Sequence record: MF360958.1
DNA length: 64,000 nt
Strand: one strand, 5' to 3'
The notes under the pieces were generated by a model. It saw nothing but the letters and a program-made list of their open reading frames with translations, was not told the origin of the DNA and made no database searches. Shown piece after piece: positions 44,687 through 55,467 of the stretch. Positions within the stretch are counted from its first letter, which is position 1; the number at the start of each line of letters is the position of its first letter. The translations under genes were made by a program, and so were the position numbers.

Positions 44687-46555
44687 TTGGAGATTGTTAT
44701 GAAACTTGCCAGCGTTCACTATCATTGTGATAATACCACTACTGAAAATATTATGATTGAAAACACGGATGATCTTATTGAATATCAAGAATATCTCAAT
44801 AAGAAACTTGAAGATTCAATGGTTCGAATTTTCAAAAGTAACGTTCGTCCTGATAGGTGGAATCATCTTTGCCGTAAGAAAAATCACGGTGATTCCATTA
44901 TGGCCCATTCTATTATTAAGTCTGAAACTTTTTCAGGTGATAATCCATTGCTTAAAGCTCCTGAATTGGCTCAATATAAAATTGAGTCTATGACAAAGTG
45001 GCTTCTTCGTGGCGAAACTGTTCTTATTAATAAAAATGGTGGATGGTGTACACCTTGTTCAATTATTGAAATTGTTGATGTTGAAGAATATACCTATTCT
45101 GAATATGATGGTGAAGATAAAGAATCTTATTATCATATTGGCAATCCTACAAAAGCCATTAATCTTGAAAATGATCCTGATCTTGAGCAACGGACTAAGG
45201 ATTATTTTGAAGAAATTAATGATACTGATCCTTCTTATATTACAAACCTTCGAGAATTTTCTAAAAAAGAATTGATTGATATCTTCAACCAATTTTATGA
45301 GAATGAAGGGGGACATGTATTCGTTTACACTACTGGTGTTGACGTTGATCAAATGTACGAATACAGTGACGCTATTATTGAATCGAGAATCGAGAAAGTT
45401 GTATTCGAATTTAATGCTGGTTATAACGATAATCATAAGGATGTTGTGCGATATCTAGAAGATAATAATATTACTGTGACAGTAAGTGAACTTTAAAAAA
45501 AATTAATCATTATGGATTTAAATACTATATTAGACATTTTATACTATATACTAGCATTTGGCTTATTATTCATAGGTATAATTCTTATTCTTTTGAGTAT
45601 TGCTATTTTAAGATGTCCCGAGCATATATGGAATCATTCAAACGATCCTAATGAGATTCTAAATGCTAGTAAAGGAAGAAAATTAAAAAAGAAAACATTT
45701 AAAAGATGAAATTAAAGAAGGATAAAAATAATGGCTGTTATACCCGCACAAATGAGACAATATGATCCTAAAGAAGTAAAAAAGTTTGAAGAAGCTATTG
45801 ATGAACAACTTAATAAATCTGTATTGATTAAACGTGATATCAGAATTGAAATTAAAGGGCCTGTTAATATTGCAGTTCAGGAAGAACTAAGATCTATATA
45901 CATGGAAGCGGGGTGGACTCAGGTTAGTATTAATCCTCATCATGATGATCCTTATACGTATTCAATTCTTCTTCATTATTGATTTTTTATTGTATTATTG
46001 TTATAATAAATTTATAAATTAGTGGAGATAGTTTAAATGACTACTGATAATTTCATGACCGAAGAATTTGCAGAATCGATTTATGAACGGTATTGCAGGT
46101 TTATATACACAAGTCAAATCCCTGCCGTTTATGATTCTTATAACAATCCAGTGAAAGGTAAAACACTGCTGGTGTGTTATGAAGAAATCGGAAGCACGTT
46201 GTATGTTAATCTGCGTCATCTATACACAGAAGATGATGAAACATTTAAATTAACTGTTTTTCTTATTAATCGTCATAGTGGTAAAGTTCAAGATAGAAAT
46301 AAATCAATCAGTTTTAGCATTAATGAACGGATCAATATGAATGAGCTTCTAAGAAATTCAAAAGTGAGCCTCATTAATTCTTCTAAGAGTATGATTAATT
46401 ACATTAAGAATAATATGGATATTCTGAATAGTGAAAACATTACTCATCCTAGTGATGATATTGCTTTTAAAAGAAAAGGAAACAATAAAGCATTTTCTTT
46501 TTATACAGAGACAATGTATAATTCAAAACTATCGAATGAGCCACGATTTTACTAA
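44687..46555 (+). CDS. four hypothetical proteins (44687, 45512, 45731, 46037)
   Basis: ORF track. Confidence 0.55.
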
Positions 46556-46581
46556 CTTAAACGACAATAGGAGAAGAAACG

Positions 46582-47253
46582 ATGAGCTATATTGAAGATA
46601 AAATTAATGAAGATAAATCAGGAGTGGTGTCTGCTGGCTCCCAAGAGGCTATGAAAGTTATTAAAAACGGTCTTCTGGCGGTTATGGCAACTATTGCTAC
46701 AACTATCCTTGGTGTTCTGTTTGCATCACATTTTGGAATTGTTATTTCAGGTTGGGTAGGTGCGCTCATTTTTCTTGCAGTTATGGTCGGAATGATTTTT
46801 CTAATCAGTGCAGCGGCCAATACACCTTTTGGTCTACCTCTGCTTTTAACATTTGGTTTCCTTCAAGGTATTTTCCTTATGGGATTCATTACGCAATTCA
46901 CAGTAACATCTCTACTTATTGCTACTGGAACAACGTTGGGTATCACAGCGGCTTGTATGTTTTTAGCTCTCAGCGGTAAAGTTGATTCTTCAAAATGGGG
47001 GCCTTATCTTCTAATTGTTCTTGTTGCTGCAATTATCGGTATTGTTATTAATATCTTCCTTGCATCAACTATGCTTTCTTTGATGCTTTCTATGGCTATT
47101 ATCTTTATCATGGGCGGACTTATCGTCTATGAAACACAACAAGCAGTAAATAATCCTCATGATAGTTATATTCATTTTGCGTTAGGTCTGTATCTATCAA
47201 TGATCAATATCTTCATCCATACACTTAACATTCTTGGTATTATGGATGAGTAG
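46582..47253 (+). CDS. Bax inhibitor-1/YccA family membrane protein
   Basis: Seven hydrophobic segments; GLIVYETQQ...ALGLYLSMINIFIHTLNIL. Confidence 0.85.
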   Translation: MSYIEDKINEDKSGVVSAGSQEAMKVIKNGLLAVMATIATTILGVLFASHFGIVISGWVGALIFLAVMVGMIFLISAAANTPFGLPLLLTFGFLQGIFLMGFITQFTVTSLLIATGTTLGITAACMFLALSGKVDSSKWGPYLLIVLVAAIIGIVINIFLASTMLSLMLSMAIIFIMGGLIVYETQQAVNNPHDSYIHFALGLYLSMINIFIHTLNILGIMDE

Positions 47254-47256
47254 TTT

Positions 47257-47282
47257 TAAGGGGCTTAGCAGCCCCTTAAATT
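47257..47282 (+). terminator. intrinsic terminator-like hairpin
   Basis: TTAAGGGGCT-TAGC-AGCCCCTTAA. Confidence 0.65.
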
Positions 47283-47329
47283 GTTATTGATTGTTGTATT
47301 GAAAGTTGTTATAATAGATTTATAAATTA

Positions 47330-48439
47330 ATGGAGATTGTCATGAGTAATAAAACGACCAAATATGATAAGCGTTGTGAAAATCTTAAAGAAAAGATGAG
47401 TGGTTTTGTAAATCCCATTATTGATTATCGCTTTGATCCATGGCGTGATCTCACACGTAGTGCTTTTGGTGGTATCATCCGTGATATGGTTGCATTTTTC
47501 GTTGCTGAAAACTATGGTGGAAATGTCAATTTCTATCGTGGTTATCATGTTCCTAGTAAATTTACTATTCAATGGTTTGATGAATTTCTCGAAGATCAAG
47601 TAGGTTATTCAACCATTAAAGATTTTTATTTCAGGAACATCGATACCTTTAAAAAGCAAGTCGAGGATATTCAAATCGATAATCCTGAATCCGAAAATGC
47701 GGTTGTTGTATATTCTCAAACATACAGAGGTTTCATTCGTTCTGATAATCATGGTATTATCACTATTGGTCCAGAAGAATATGCTACCAAGTTTGATTAC
47801 TTCATGAGTGAAGAACTTACAAAATATGCGATTGCAAAGTGCATTCTTCCAGAAGGTTACTATGATGATGAATATTCGATGAAAGATGATATGATCATCG
47901 TTAAGCCGAAGCGTTCTGAACTTTATAAGAAGTCAGAAACGTATCTTGATTTTGATGATTAATTACGGATGAACATGACAGAATCCATTACTATTGAAGC
48001 GAAAAATAAAAAACACCAATCCGATATCTTGGGATATTTCAACGATATCGGTGAGTGCTTTCCTCAATTCAATCATATGTTTGAGTGCTCGCTTGATTAT
48101 CGAAATCATCCGTATACGCCCAAAAAGCTATGTTATCATCCAGTACATATTTCATTTAATATCTGTGCTGATTATGAATTGGTTCGACTTCTTCATAATA
48201 GTGTAAAGTATGTATCTCAACAAAACGGCACTAGGCTCTATTACGATGAGGAAGAAATTGATTGGGTTTACCCTATTAGCACTGTTGGGCGCGATAAAAA
48301 TGATCTACATGTCGAGGTTTTAAAAATATCACCAACTATTAGTCTTGTAGAAAATAATGAAGTTATAGATGGAAATCACAGAGTACGACTTGCAAAAGAA
48401 AAAAGATTTAGAATCAATATATGCTTATGTAGTATATGA
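47330..48439 (+). CDS. two hypothetical proteins (47330..47962; 47969..48439 with ParB/Srx-like IDGNHR)
   Basis: ORF track; VIDGNHRV motif. Confidence 0.5.
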
Positions 48440-48534
48440 AAAGTATTTTTTTTTCACCATTTTTAGTATTTTTTTAACACTTGCATAAATATGATTACCG
48501 TGTTACGGTATTAAACACAATGAAGGAATTAACA

Positions 48535-48669
48535 ATGAATAGCAATACTATGAACAACAATGTAAACACTTCAATCAACGAAATGAATATTTCTGTTGAT
48601 CACAATATTGCTATGCATAATGATCATATTAATAATGATATTGATATGTCATGGAGGGTTTTGATCTGA
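48535..48669 (+). CDS. attenuator leader peptide 1 (44 aa; 12 Asn, 6 Ile, 5 Met, 4 Asp, 3 His)
   Basis: MNSNTMNNNVNTSINEMNISVDHNIAMHNDHINNDIDMSWRVLI*, with an AAGGA RBS. Confidence 0.8.
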   Translation: MNSNTMNNNVNTSINEMNISVDHNIAMHNDHINNDIDMSWRVLI

Positions 48670-48729
48670 ATTTTTGGTAAATGCAACCAAGAGTCAATAT
48701 CAAAACCCTTCCAAACGGAAGGGTTTTTT
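48653..48729 (+). promoter_or_regulatory. attenuator 1: antiterminator/terminator switch
   Basis: GGAGGGTTTTGAT (48653-65) pairs with ATCAAAACCCTTC (48699-711), 13 bp, competing with terminator AAAACCCTTCC-AAAC-GGAAGGGTTTTTT (48702-29). Confidence 0.85.
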
Positions 48730-48753
48730 AGTTTATAGAGATTAAAAATTATA

Positions 48754-48831
48754 GGAACTGTAACTCAACTGGTAGAGTACCGGCCTGTCTAGTCGGAAGT
48801 TTTGGGGGTTCGAATCCCCTCAGTTCCGCCA
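48754..48831 (+). tRNA. tRNA-Asp(GUC)
   Basis: GGAACTG/CAGTTCC acceptor, loop CTGTCTA, G73, CCA. Confidence 0.9.
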
Positions 48832-48842
48832 AACAATACAAT

Positions 48843-48918
48843 GGTACTCATAGCTTAGTGACTAAAGCACTCGGTTGTGACCCGAGTAGACGTAGGTTTG
48901 AATCCTACTGAGTACCCC
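48843..48918 (+). tRNA. tRNA-His(GUG)
   Basis: G-1:C73, GTACTCA/TGAGTAC, loop TTGTGAC; CCA incomplete (CCT). Confidence 0.85.
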
Positions 48919-48936
48919 TCTAAATACTTAAAATGT

Positions 48937-49013
48937 GGCAAGGTAGTTCAGTTGGCAAGAACGCATCACTCATAATGATGAGGTCGGGAGTTCAAATCTC
49001 CCCCTTGCCACCA
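48937..49013 (+). tRNA. tRNA-Met/Ile2(CAU)
   Basis: GGCAAGG/CCTTGCC, loop CTCATAA, ACCA. Confidence 0.9.
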
Positions 49014-49063
49014 ACAAACAAAAAAGATATAATATAGTCAATACAAATTGAGGTTGATTAAGT

Positions 49064-49504
49064 ATGAACGATTGGGTGACACATCAAACACATGATGAAC
49101 CAAAAGATCTAGCACCGGATCAAATTATTGAAACAACATGGCCTAAGAATTTTAAGCCAGAATTAAAAGGTGATAATAAAACACAATATATTTCAGTATT
49201 CCGTTTAATTTGGCTTCCGGGTATTGAATATCGTGTTGTAAAAGATAAAGACGGTATTGGTTATTGTAACCATGAAGGTCTTAAACAATCAACACAGTAT
49301 GTTGCAACACAACAATGTGTTATTGGTGGAGAGCGAGCTTTGCAATTTAGTTCAAAGCCCGAATATGTAAAACCGTCATTGATTGCTCCCTATAAATGGG
49401 ACAATGGAGAAAATAACGGGCGCGTTGATGCGCCTCAAAATAAAATCAAACCCGGAGATTGTAAAGATTCAATTCTCCGAGTTTGGTGGAGCGAAGAAGT
49501 TTAA
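49064..49504 (+). CDS. hypothetical protein
   Basis: 146-aa ORF with GAGG RBS inside the tRNA operon. Confidence 0.6.
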   Translation: MNDWVTHQTHDEPKDLAPDQIIETTWPKNFKPELKGDNKTQYISVFRLIWLPGIEYRVVKDKDGIGYCNHEGLKQSTQYVATQQCVIGGERALQFSSKPEYVKPSLIAPYKWDNGENNGRVDAPQNKIKPGDCKDSILRVWWSEEV

Positions 49505-49507
49505 TAC

Positions 49508-49584
<77 letters not shown>

Positions 49585-49607
49585 AATTAAAAATTATAGG
49601 AAAAATT

Positions 49608-49781
49608 ATGGTTTACAATAGAGAACAAGCTTACGAAGAACTTTATGATCCAGATAGTGAACAACGTTCTGATATGGCTCATGAGCTTATTGAGCACATG
49701 GAATCCATCAAGCGAGCATATAGAAGTGGTGATATGGATGAGCTTGAAGACCTCATTGAAGAATGGGGTGGAAATTCTTAA
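49608..49781 (+). CDS. small hypothetical protein (57 aa, not in the ORF track)
   Basis: MVYNREQAYEELYDPDSEQRSDMAHELIEH...WGGNS*, with AGGA RBS. Confidence 0.55.
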   Translation: MVYNREQAYEELYDPDSEQRSDMAHELIEHMESIKRAYRSGDMDELEDLIEEWGGNS

Positions 49782-50005
49782 CGGTTAAACTTATGAAAAT
49801 TAAACATATATGCATTTTTCATAAATGGAAAACATATACAGATCATTTACCAATTGTTTATAAACAATGTAAAAAATGTAATAGGATAAAAATAGTTTCT
49901 ATTACTCCTATGGGACATCGACCATACGATTTAAAAGTACATATAGGAAAATGATCGTTAACTGTTGACAAAGGATAAATAAAACGTTAAGATAATATAA
50001 ACAGT

Positions 50006-50081
50006 TGCAGGGTAGAGCAGTTGGTAGCTCATCGGGTTCATAACCCGAAGGTCGGCGGTTCGAGTCCGCCCCCTGCCTCCA
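50006..50081 (+). tRNA. initiator tRNA-fMet(CAU)
   Basis: 1:72 mismatch, three G-C pairs in the anticodon stem (TCGGG/CCCGA), loop TTCATAA, CCA. Confidence 0.9.
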
Positions 50082-50088
50082 AATTAAA

Positions 50089-50178
50089 GGATGTCGCTGT
50101 AGTGATAGTGTTCCGGGCACATGGGGACGACTACGCCGGTTGTAAGCCGGTCCTCCAAGGAATCCTAGGCATCCACCA
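50089..50178 (+). ncRNA. non-canonical tRNA-like RNA with GUA (Tyr) anticodon-like loop
   Basis: GGATGTC/GGCATCC+ACCA; GCCGG-TTGTAAG-CCGGT; no canonical T-arm. Confidence 0.5.
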
Positions 50179-50188
50179 TTTAAACAAT

Positions 50189-50275
50189 GGTCTGAATAGC
50201 GCGTAAGTCTTGCAATGGGTGATCCTCATTCTAGCGTCGAAAAGGTATCCGGGGAAGGGCCGGAAGGACAAGCCA
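50189..50275 (+). ncRNA. candidate structured RNA ending in GCCA
   Basis: GC-rich island; hairpins AATG...CATT and TCCGG/CCGGA; 3' CCA; sits at tRNA-like spacing in the operon. Confidence 0.4.
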
Positions 50276-50289
50276 AACACTAATAGAGG

Positions 50290-50505
50290 TTGTTTAAAAT
50301 GTCAAAATATTTTATTATTGAAAATAAAGTAAACAATGCATATTTTTCCCACTATAAATTTTCAGATAGTGGTGAAGAAAAAACAGAAGTTTTTGTGAAA
50401 GGTAAAACCCTTGCTCTAAAACTTGAGTATGATAAAGCTCAAAAACTTAGTGAAGAATTAAATCAAGTAGAAAATATTGATACACAGGTTGTGAACGCAC
50501 TTTAG
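50290..50505 (+). CDS. hypothetical protein
   Basis: 71-aa ORF with GAGG RBS. Confidence 0.55.
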   Translation: MFKMSKYFIIENKVNNAYFSHYKFSDSGEEKTEVFVKGKTLALKLEYDKAQKLSEELNQVENIDTQVVNAL

Positions 50506-50514
50506 CTAAGTGTA

Positions 50515-50589
50515 GTCAGCAGCTAGTTTAACTGGGTAGAACGTCCGCCATAGGTGGAAGATACAAGTTCGAATCTTGTACTGTTGACA
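50515..50589 (+). pseudogene. degenerate tRNA (shortened anticodon loop CATAG, no CCA)
   Basis: GTCAGCA/TGTTGAC acceptor, D-arm, TACAAG-TTCGAAT-CTTGTA T-arm; TCCGC/GTGGA stem with a 5-nt loop. Confidence 0.6.
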
Positions 50590-50728
50590 TTTTTAAAAAG
50601 CATAGATGGATCAGGGTTAAAATCCTTGAGTGGTAATGTGAGAAATCACATTCCGGCTGCGGTCGTGAGCCCAATACGCTCATACATTTTTGAAACTGTC
50701 TGTGCTTTTTAATTTTGAAAAGAATAAT

Positions 50729-50850
50729 TGGGTAGTAGCTCAGATGGTAGAAGCAGCGCGCTGTGGGCCTTATGGGTAATATCAGGTTCAACTCCTGAAA
50801 GGCCAAAAGTAACGCGCAGGTCGCAGGTTCGAGCCCTGCCTACCCAGCCA
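50729..50850 (+). tRNA. tRNA-Asn(GUU) with a 45-nt insertion (50765-50809) in the anticodon
   Basis: TGGGTAG/CTACCCA, U1-A72 and G73 (Asn-type), canonical D/T arms and CCA. Removing 50765-50809 gives GCGCG-CTGTTAA-CGCGC. Confidence 0.75.
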
Positions 50851-50853
50851 TAC

Positions 50854-50883
50854 AAAAAGCCACCTACATAGGTGGCTTTTTTA
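50854..50883 (+). terminator. terminator ending tRNA operon 1
   Basis: AAAAAGCCACCT-ACAT-AGGTGGCTTTTTT. Confidence 0.85.
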
Positions 50884-53765
50884 TTGCACACATTAGCCCA
50901 CGCCTGTATAATGTTATCTATGACTCCAAAGAAAAGACAGAGAAATTTACAGTTAGATAAAAGTTTCCGAATTGGGCTAACCGTTCCTTATGATTTCGTT
51001 GTCCAAGTATCATCAGCTCGCCATTATACAATGAAAGAATATTCTGAACTAATACATAATGAAAAACATTATCGAATTCAAAAACATATAGATAGATTAA
51101 AATTTAGATTATACCGTGAATTTAGTTTACTTTTTAAACAATTAAAACTCAATTATTATTGGTATGATGTTGATATTATCTATGGAGATGAAATATCTTC
51201 TATGAATAAATTGACACATCTTACAAATTTTAAATATGATTTTCACTATTTAATTACTTTTAAATTTTCTCAACATGATTTGAATCGTTTAAAATTAGTC
51301 CATCAAGATTTTTATGACGTACTTATTGATGACACTAGGGACGCTATAAAGTTTCAGGATATGTTTGGATATTTGATTAAAAATTAGAGTAAAATTATGA
51401 CAAAGTACAGAAAACATAACCATAACAGACATAATGAATTTAATGTATCAATAACTAATATAGGGTTCAATCAACGTATCGGTTATAATGAAGATGAAGT
51501 GTTTAAAGAAAACTTTTCATTTGGATTAGAATTTGCTAAAAATAAAAACAGAGAAATAGCTGAACGCTGTGAAAGACTTGTAAGATTTCAACTTTATAAA
51601 GAGTTTATCAAACGTTTACAAGACAATAATATTAAAAGGTATTGGTTTGATATTACTTCAAGACATTCATATATGACAACTTATCTTTATATGGATGATA
51701 ATGATTTTGTAACATTAACTATATTTATCACATTTCAGATAACATTAAAAATTAATCAACATGATACTAATCGTTTGAAGTTATCTGATCCTGAATTTTA
51801 TGATTTGTTATGGGAACAGAACAGAATTCGTAATACAATAACACAAGAGTATCCTTCTTTAGACGTTCTTATAGAAAATAGAAAAACAAAATCATGACCA
51901 ATAAAAGAAGAAACAGATTATATTTTGAAAATGAATTCAACATTTCTCTTTATCAATTGTATGATGTTGTACAGATTGATTCTAAAAAGAGTTATAAAAG
52001 TATAAAAGACATTAGACATCATAATGATAAAATTCTTTATGATGTGTTAAACGATGTAAAGAAAAATTTATATCGTAAAATGATTAAACGATTTAAAGAA
52101 TCTGGTTTAAAACATTATTGGATTGATATAACTATGAATGCCAGTGATCAAGGTATTCATGAAGAATTACAAACAAAGAACAAACATCACCAACAAGAAA
52201 TGCATATAGTAACGTTTGATTTTTTTTATATTATTCATTTTAGAATTTCTCAACAAGATATTAATCGGTTAAAAATAACAGATGAAGAATTTTTTGATAT
52301 GTTAAATGATGAAAATGTAGATTTGTTTGAAAAAATATTCTGTTACACTATATCTAATTGATAAGTGAATTTTTATGACTGAAAAAAGAAGAGTAAACGT
52401 TTTATATAATAAATCGCATCGTATTGATATTGACCCAATTGGTTTTTATATTTTTACGGATCATCTCAACGATGACTGCTTAACATATAGTGGTGTCAAA
52501 CAATATAATGATAATCTTCTTGATCGTGTCTATAAAAATGTGAAGCGAGTATGTTACCGATATTTTATTACTAAGTTTAGAGAGAATAATATAAAAACAT
52601 ATTGGATGAATGTAAGTATTAGTATTGTTTATAATGATGTTGAACGAGATAGTTATAACAGAAGTGGTATGTATCCATATATATTAGAAGCTCAAATATA
52701 TATTTTCACAACACAACATGATTTTAATCGTTTAAAATTAACGGACTATTCATTATGTAATATTCTTAACAATTTAGATACGGCTGAACTTAATGATAAA
52801 AGTATAGAATCAATAAAAATCGAGTTATAAACTATGACACATCAAAGAAAAACTGATCCTAATTTATCCAAAGAGTTTCTAATTAGACCATTACCGCTTA
52901 TATTTTATTACTATTATGCTGATAATAGTGTAGTAAATTATGAAAACTTAAAAGATGACATATTCAATACTGAGCGTATGGTTAAAAGAAAATGCTATCG
53001 ATATTTCATTTATAAATTTAAAGAAAATGGAATAAAATCATATTGGATGAATGTAAGTATTAATTCAACATGTCATAATCTTTCCAGTGATTTTATAGAT
53101 TCAATAGTAGATATTGGTACAATAAGTACAATAAGTGAGCGTAAAGGTATTATCTATGATTGCGAGTTAAACATCAGAATAACTGTTTTATTCTCACAAC
53201 ATGGACTTAATCGTTTAAAAATATGCAATAACCAGCTTCATGACATCATCAATAACAAACATAATTCTCATATTAATAAACTACTTAACGAATGGTTTAC
53301 AATAAGTAAGAGTCAATTATGACTGAGCACAGAAAGAATAATCTTCAGAAAACTAATAATTATAACTTGGAATTCTTAATAGTAGAAGATATTGTATTTT
53401 ATAATGAATCAAGATTATATTGGGGAGAAGATTATGAAAAAGTTGTTCAATCAAATAAGGATATGTTTGAGTCAATTGATCAACGTGTTAAAAACACAGT
53501 TTACAAACAGATAGGTAAATTATTTTTCAATAATATTAGAAAAAGCAATTATTGGTTTTATGTTTCGTTAGAGATTATAAAAGGTCCGTTATCAAATATA
53601 TATGATAATAATCCTAATATAATAGTACGATGTTATTTAGCATTTACAGTATATTTATACATTTCAGATCATGGTATGAAAAAATTAAAACTTATAGATC
53701 AAATTATAGGTAATATCATTGAAGATGAAAATGGTGATAGACTTGAATATATTTTAGGTTTTTAG
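50872..53765 (+). CDS. tandem array of six paralogous ~150-170-aa proteins (50872, 51397, 51894, 52375, 52834, 53319)
   Basis: All have an MTxxR(K/R) start (first member likely at 50920) and share K.(L/C)YR.F...F, YW.(D/N)(I/V) and a C-terminal (S/T/N)(Q/D)(H/Q)(D/G).(N/K)(R/K)LK(L/I). Confidence 0.8.
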
Positions 53766-53901
53766 TATTGTATTAGTAACTATAATCAAATGGTTATTAT
53801 ATGACAATTAATAGAAAAACGTTTCATGTTTATAAACTAAGTTCACCTTATGAATATGAAAACAATTATTTAAGAATTTTCTAATACTACGATAGATACA
53901 T

Positions 53902-55452
53902 ATGACATATGAATTTTGGAAACGTGTAAGAGATTACGCACAACGTAAAATGAAACAAGAATATGGCCATGGTGATCTAAAATGTCCCAACTGTAAACGT
54001 TGGACTTATGAACTTGGTGGTTGCGTAACGATGTATCAATATGATAAACATAATGATATAATGGTTTGTAAACAATGTGGTTATGAAAGTATGTGGTTTA
54101 TGGGAGCAGCAGTACCCATATCTAACAACAATTATGAGTATCCTACTAAAGATACCGATCCTCATTAAAACTGGATGGATAAATTATGAAACTACTAGAT
54201 AAAATGAAAAACATTTTAAAAATTCATGATAGAAAATATGACTACTATGTTCATTGTCCATGTTGCCATCGTATCGAATCTTCCAAATCTATTATGATTA
54301 AAAATGTTGCACGATGCTCCAACTGTGGTGCATTTTTTGATATACATTTTGCTAAAAGATTCATTAAAGATGACTATGGTGATATGACCGATGCTCGCAA
54401 AAGGGTATTAGAAAGAAAAAGAAATTTGAAAAAGAATTGGGGTCATGGTCATAATGTTAGAAAATGAAAGAATGAAACATACCCATAATAGTATTACTAA
54501 AATGCATACAACTTTATGCTTGATGCATTCAGAGATATTAGAGTATGATCATTATGATCATTATGATATAGTTACTATATTTACAGATCAAAAACAAATC
54601 TCTAAACAATCTGAAATTTTAGATGAATGTTTAGAATCATTTTTCAGAACAAACTATATTATTTCAATTATGGATACTAAATCAGAAACATTATTCCATA
54701 ATGAAATTCCTGAAACGTTCAGTGATATTAGTTTAATATACAACGAACCAATAACTATATACATTGCAGATATCTTTCCTGATAAAAAGACTTTTCATTT
54801 GTATAAATTACAGAATTATGAGATATTTGAAAAGCGATACAAACGTTATTTTAACTAATTGGATCTAATGACTTACTAGAAATTTGAATAAAATATATGC
54901 TTAAATCTAACTGTCCTATAGAAAATATCAATACTAGTACCCAAGTAAGTATTTCATTAATATATATTAATGAAATATTAAATTTTAAATATCATTGGAC
55001 CTATATTTTAAACGTATTTAAAGATGACACTTTTATATCAGAACAATCTCGAATAATAGATGAATGTTGTGGATTGGCAAAAATTAAACGATTTGATACT
55101 TAATAATTATTATTCTTGACAATAGTGTTAACAATCTTTATAATTGTCTATAGAATTTATTAAAAGAGGTTGTAAAATGCTTGGTAAATATTCACCTACT
55201 ATTTCAGGATGGTATAGCAAAGATCAAAATTGGTTTGAAAAGAATGGTGGTGGTTTTGATAATGGTTATAATCCAAACAGCGATCTAGACAATGATGGCT
55301 ATGACAGCTATGGTTACACAAGCTCAGATTCTTTTGAAGATTATGATCGTGAAGGATTTTACGAAAGAGATTATTGGTCCAATAAAGGTGAAGAACGTTA
55401 CGAACAAATTGAAAGAATCTGGTGGCGTAAGCCTTTGCCTTATGAAAAATAA
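53902..55452 (+). CDS. five small hypothetical proteins (53902 and 54186 zinc-ribbon, 54445, 54897, 55144)
   Basis: CPNC/CKQC and CPCC/CSNC motifs in the first two. Confidence 0.5.
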
Positions 55453-55467
55453 CTTTTCAAAAAGGTA

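Noticed and set aside
2962-47603. Numerous short antisense or nested ORFs in the track (e.g. 2962-, 3097+, 4200-, 5513-, 18540-, 30442+, 45059-)
   Set aside because: They lie within longer genes, lack RBSs and show shadow-frame composition.
48481-48534. 62-aa version of leader 1 starting at TTG 48481
   Set aside because: That TTG overlaps the promoter region, and the AAGGA RBS positions the start at ATG 48535.
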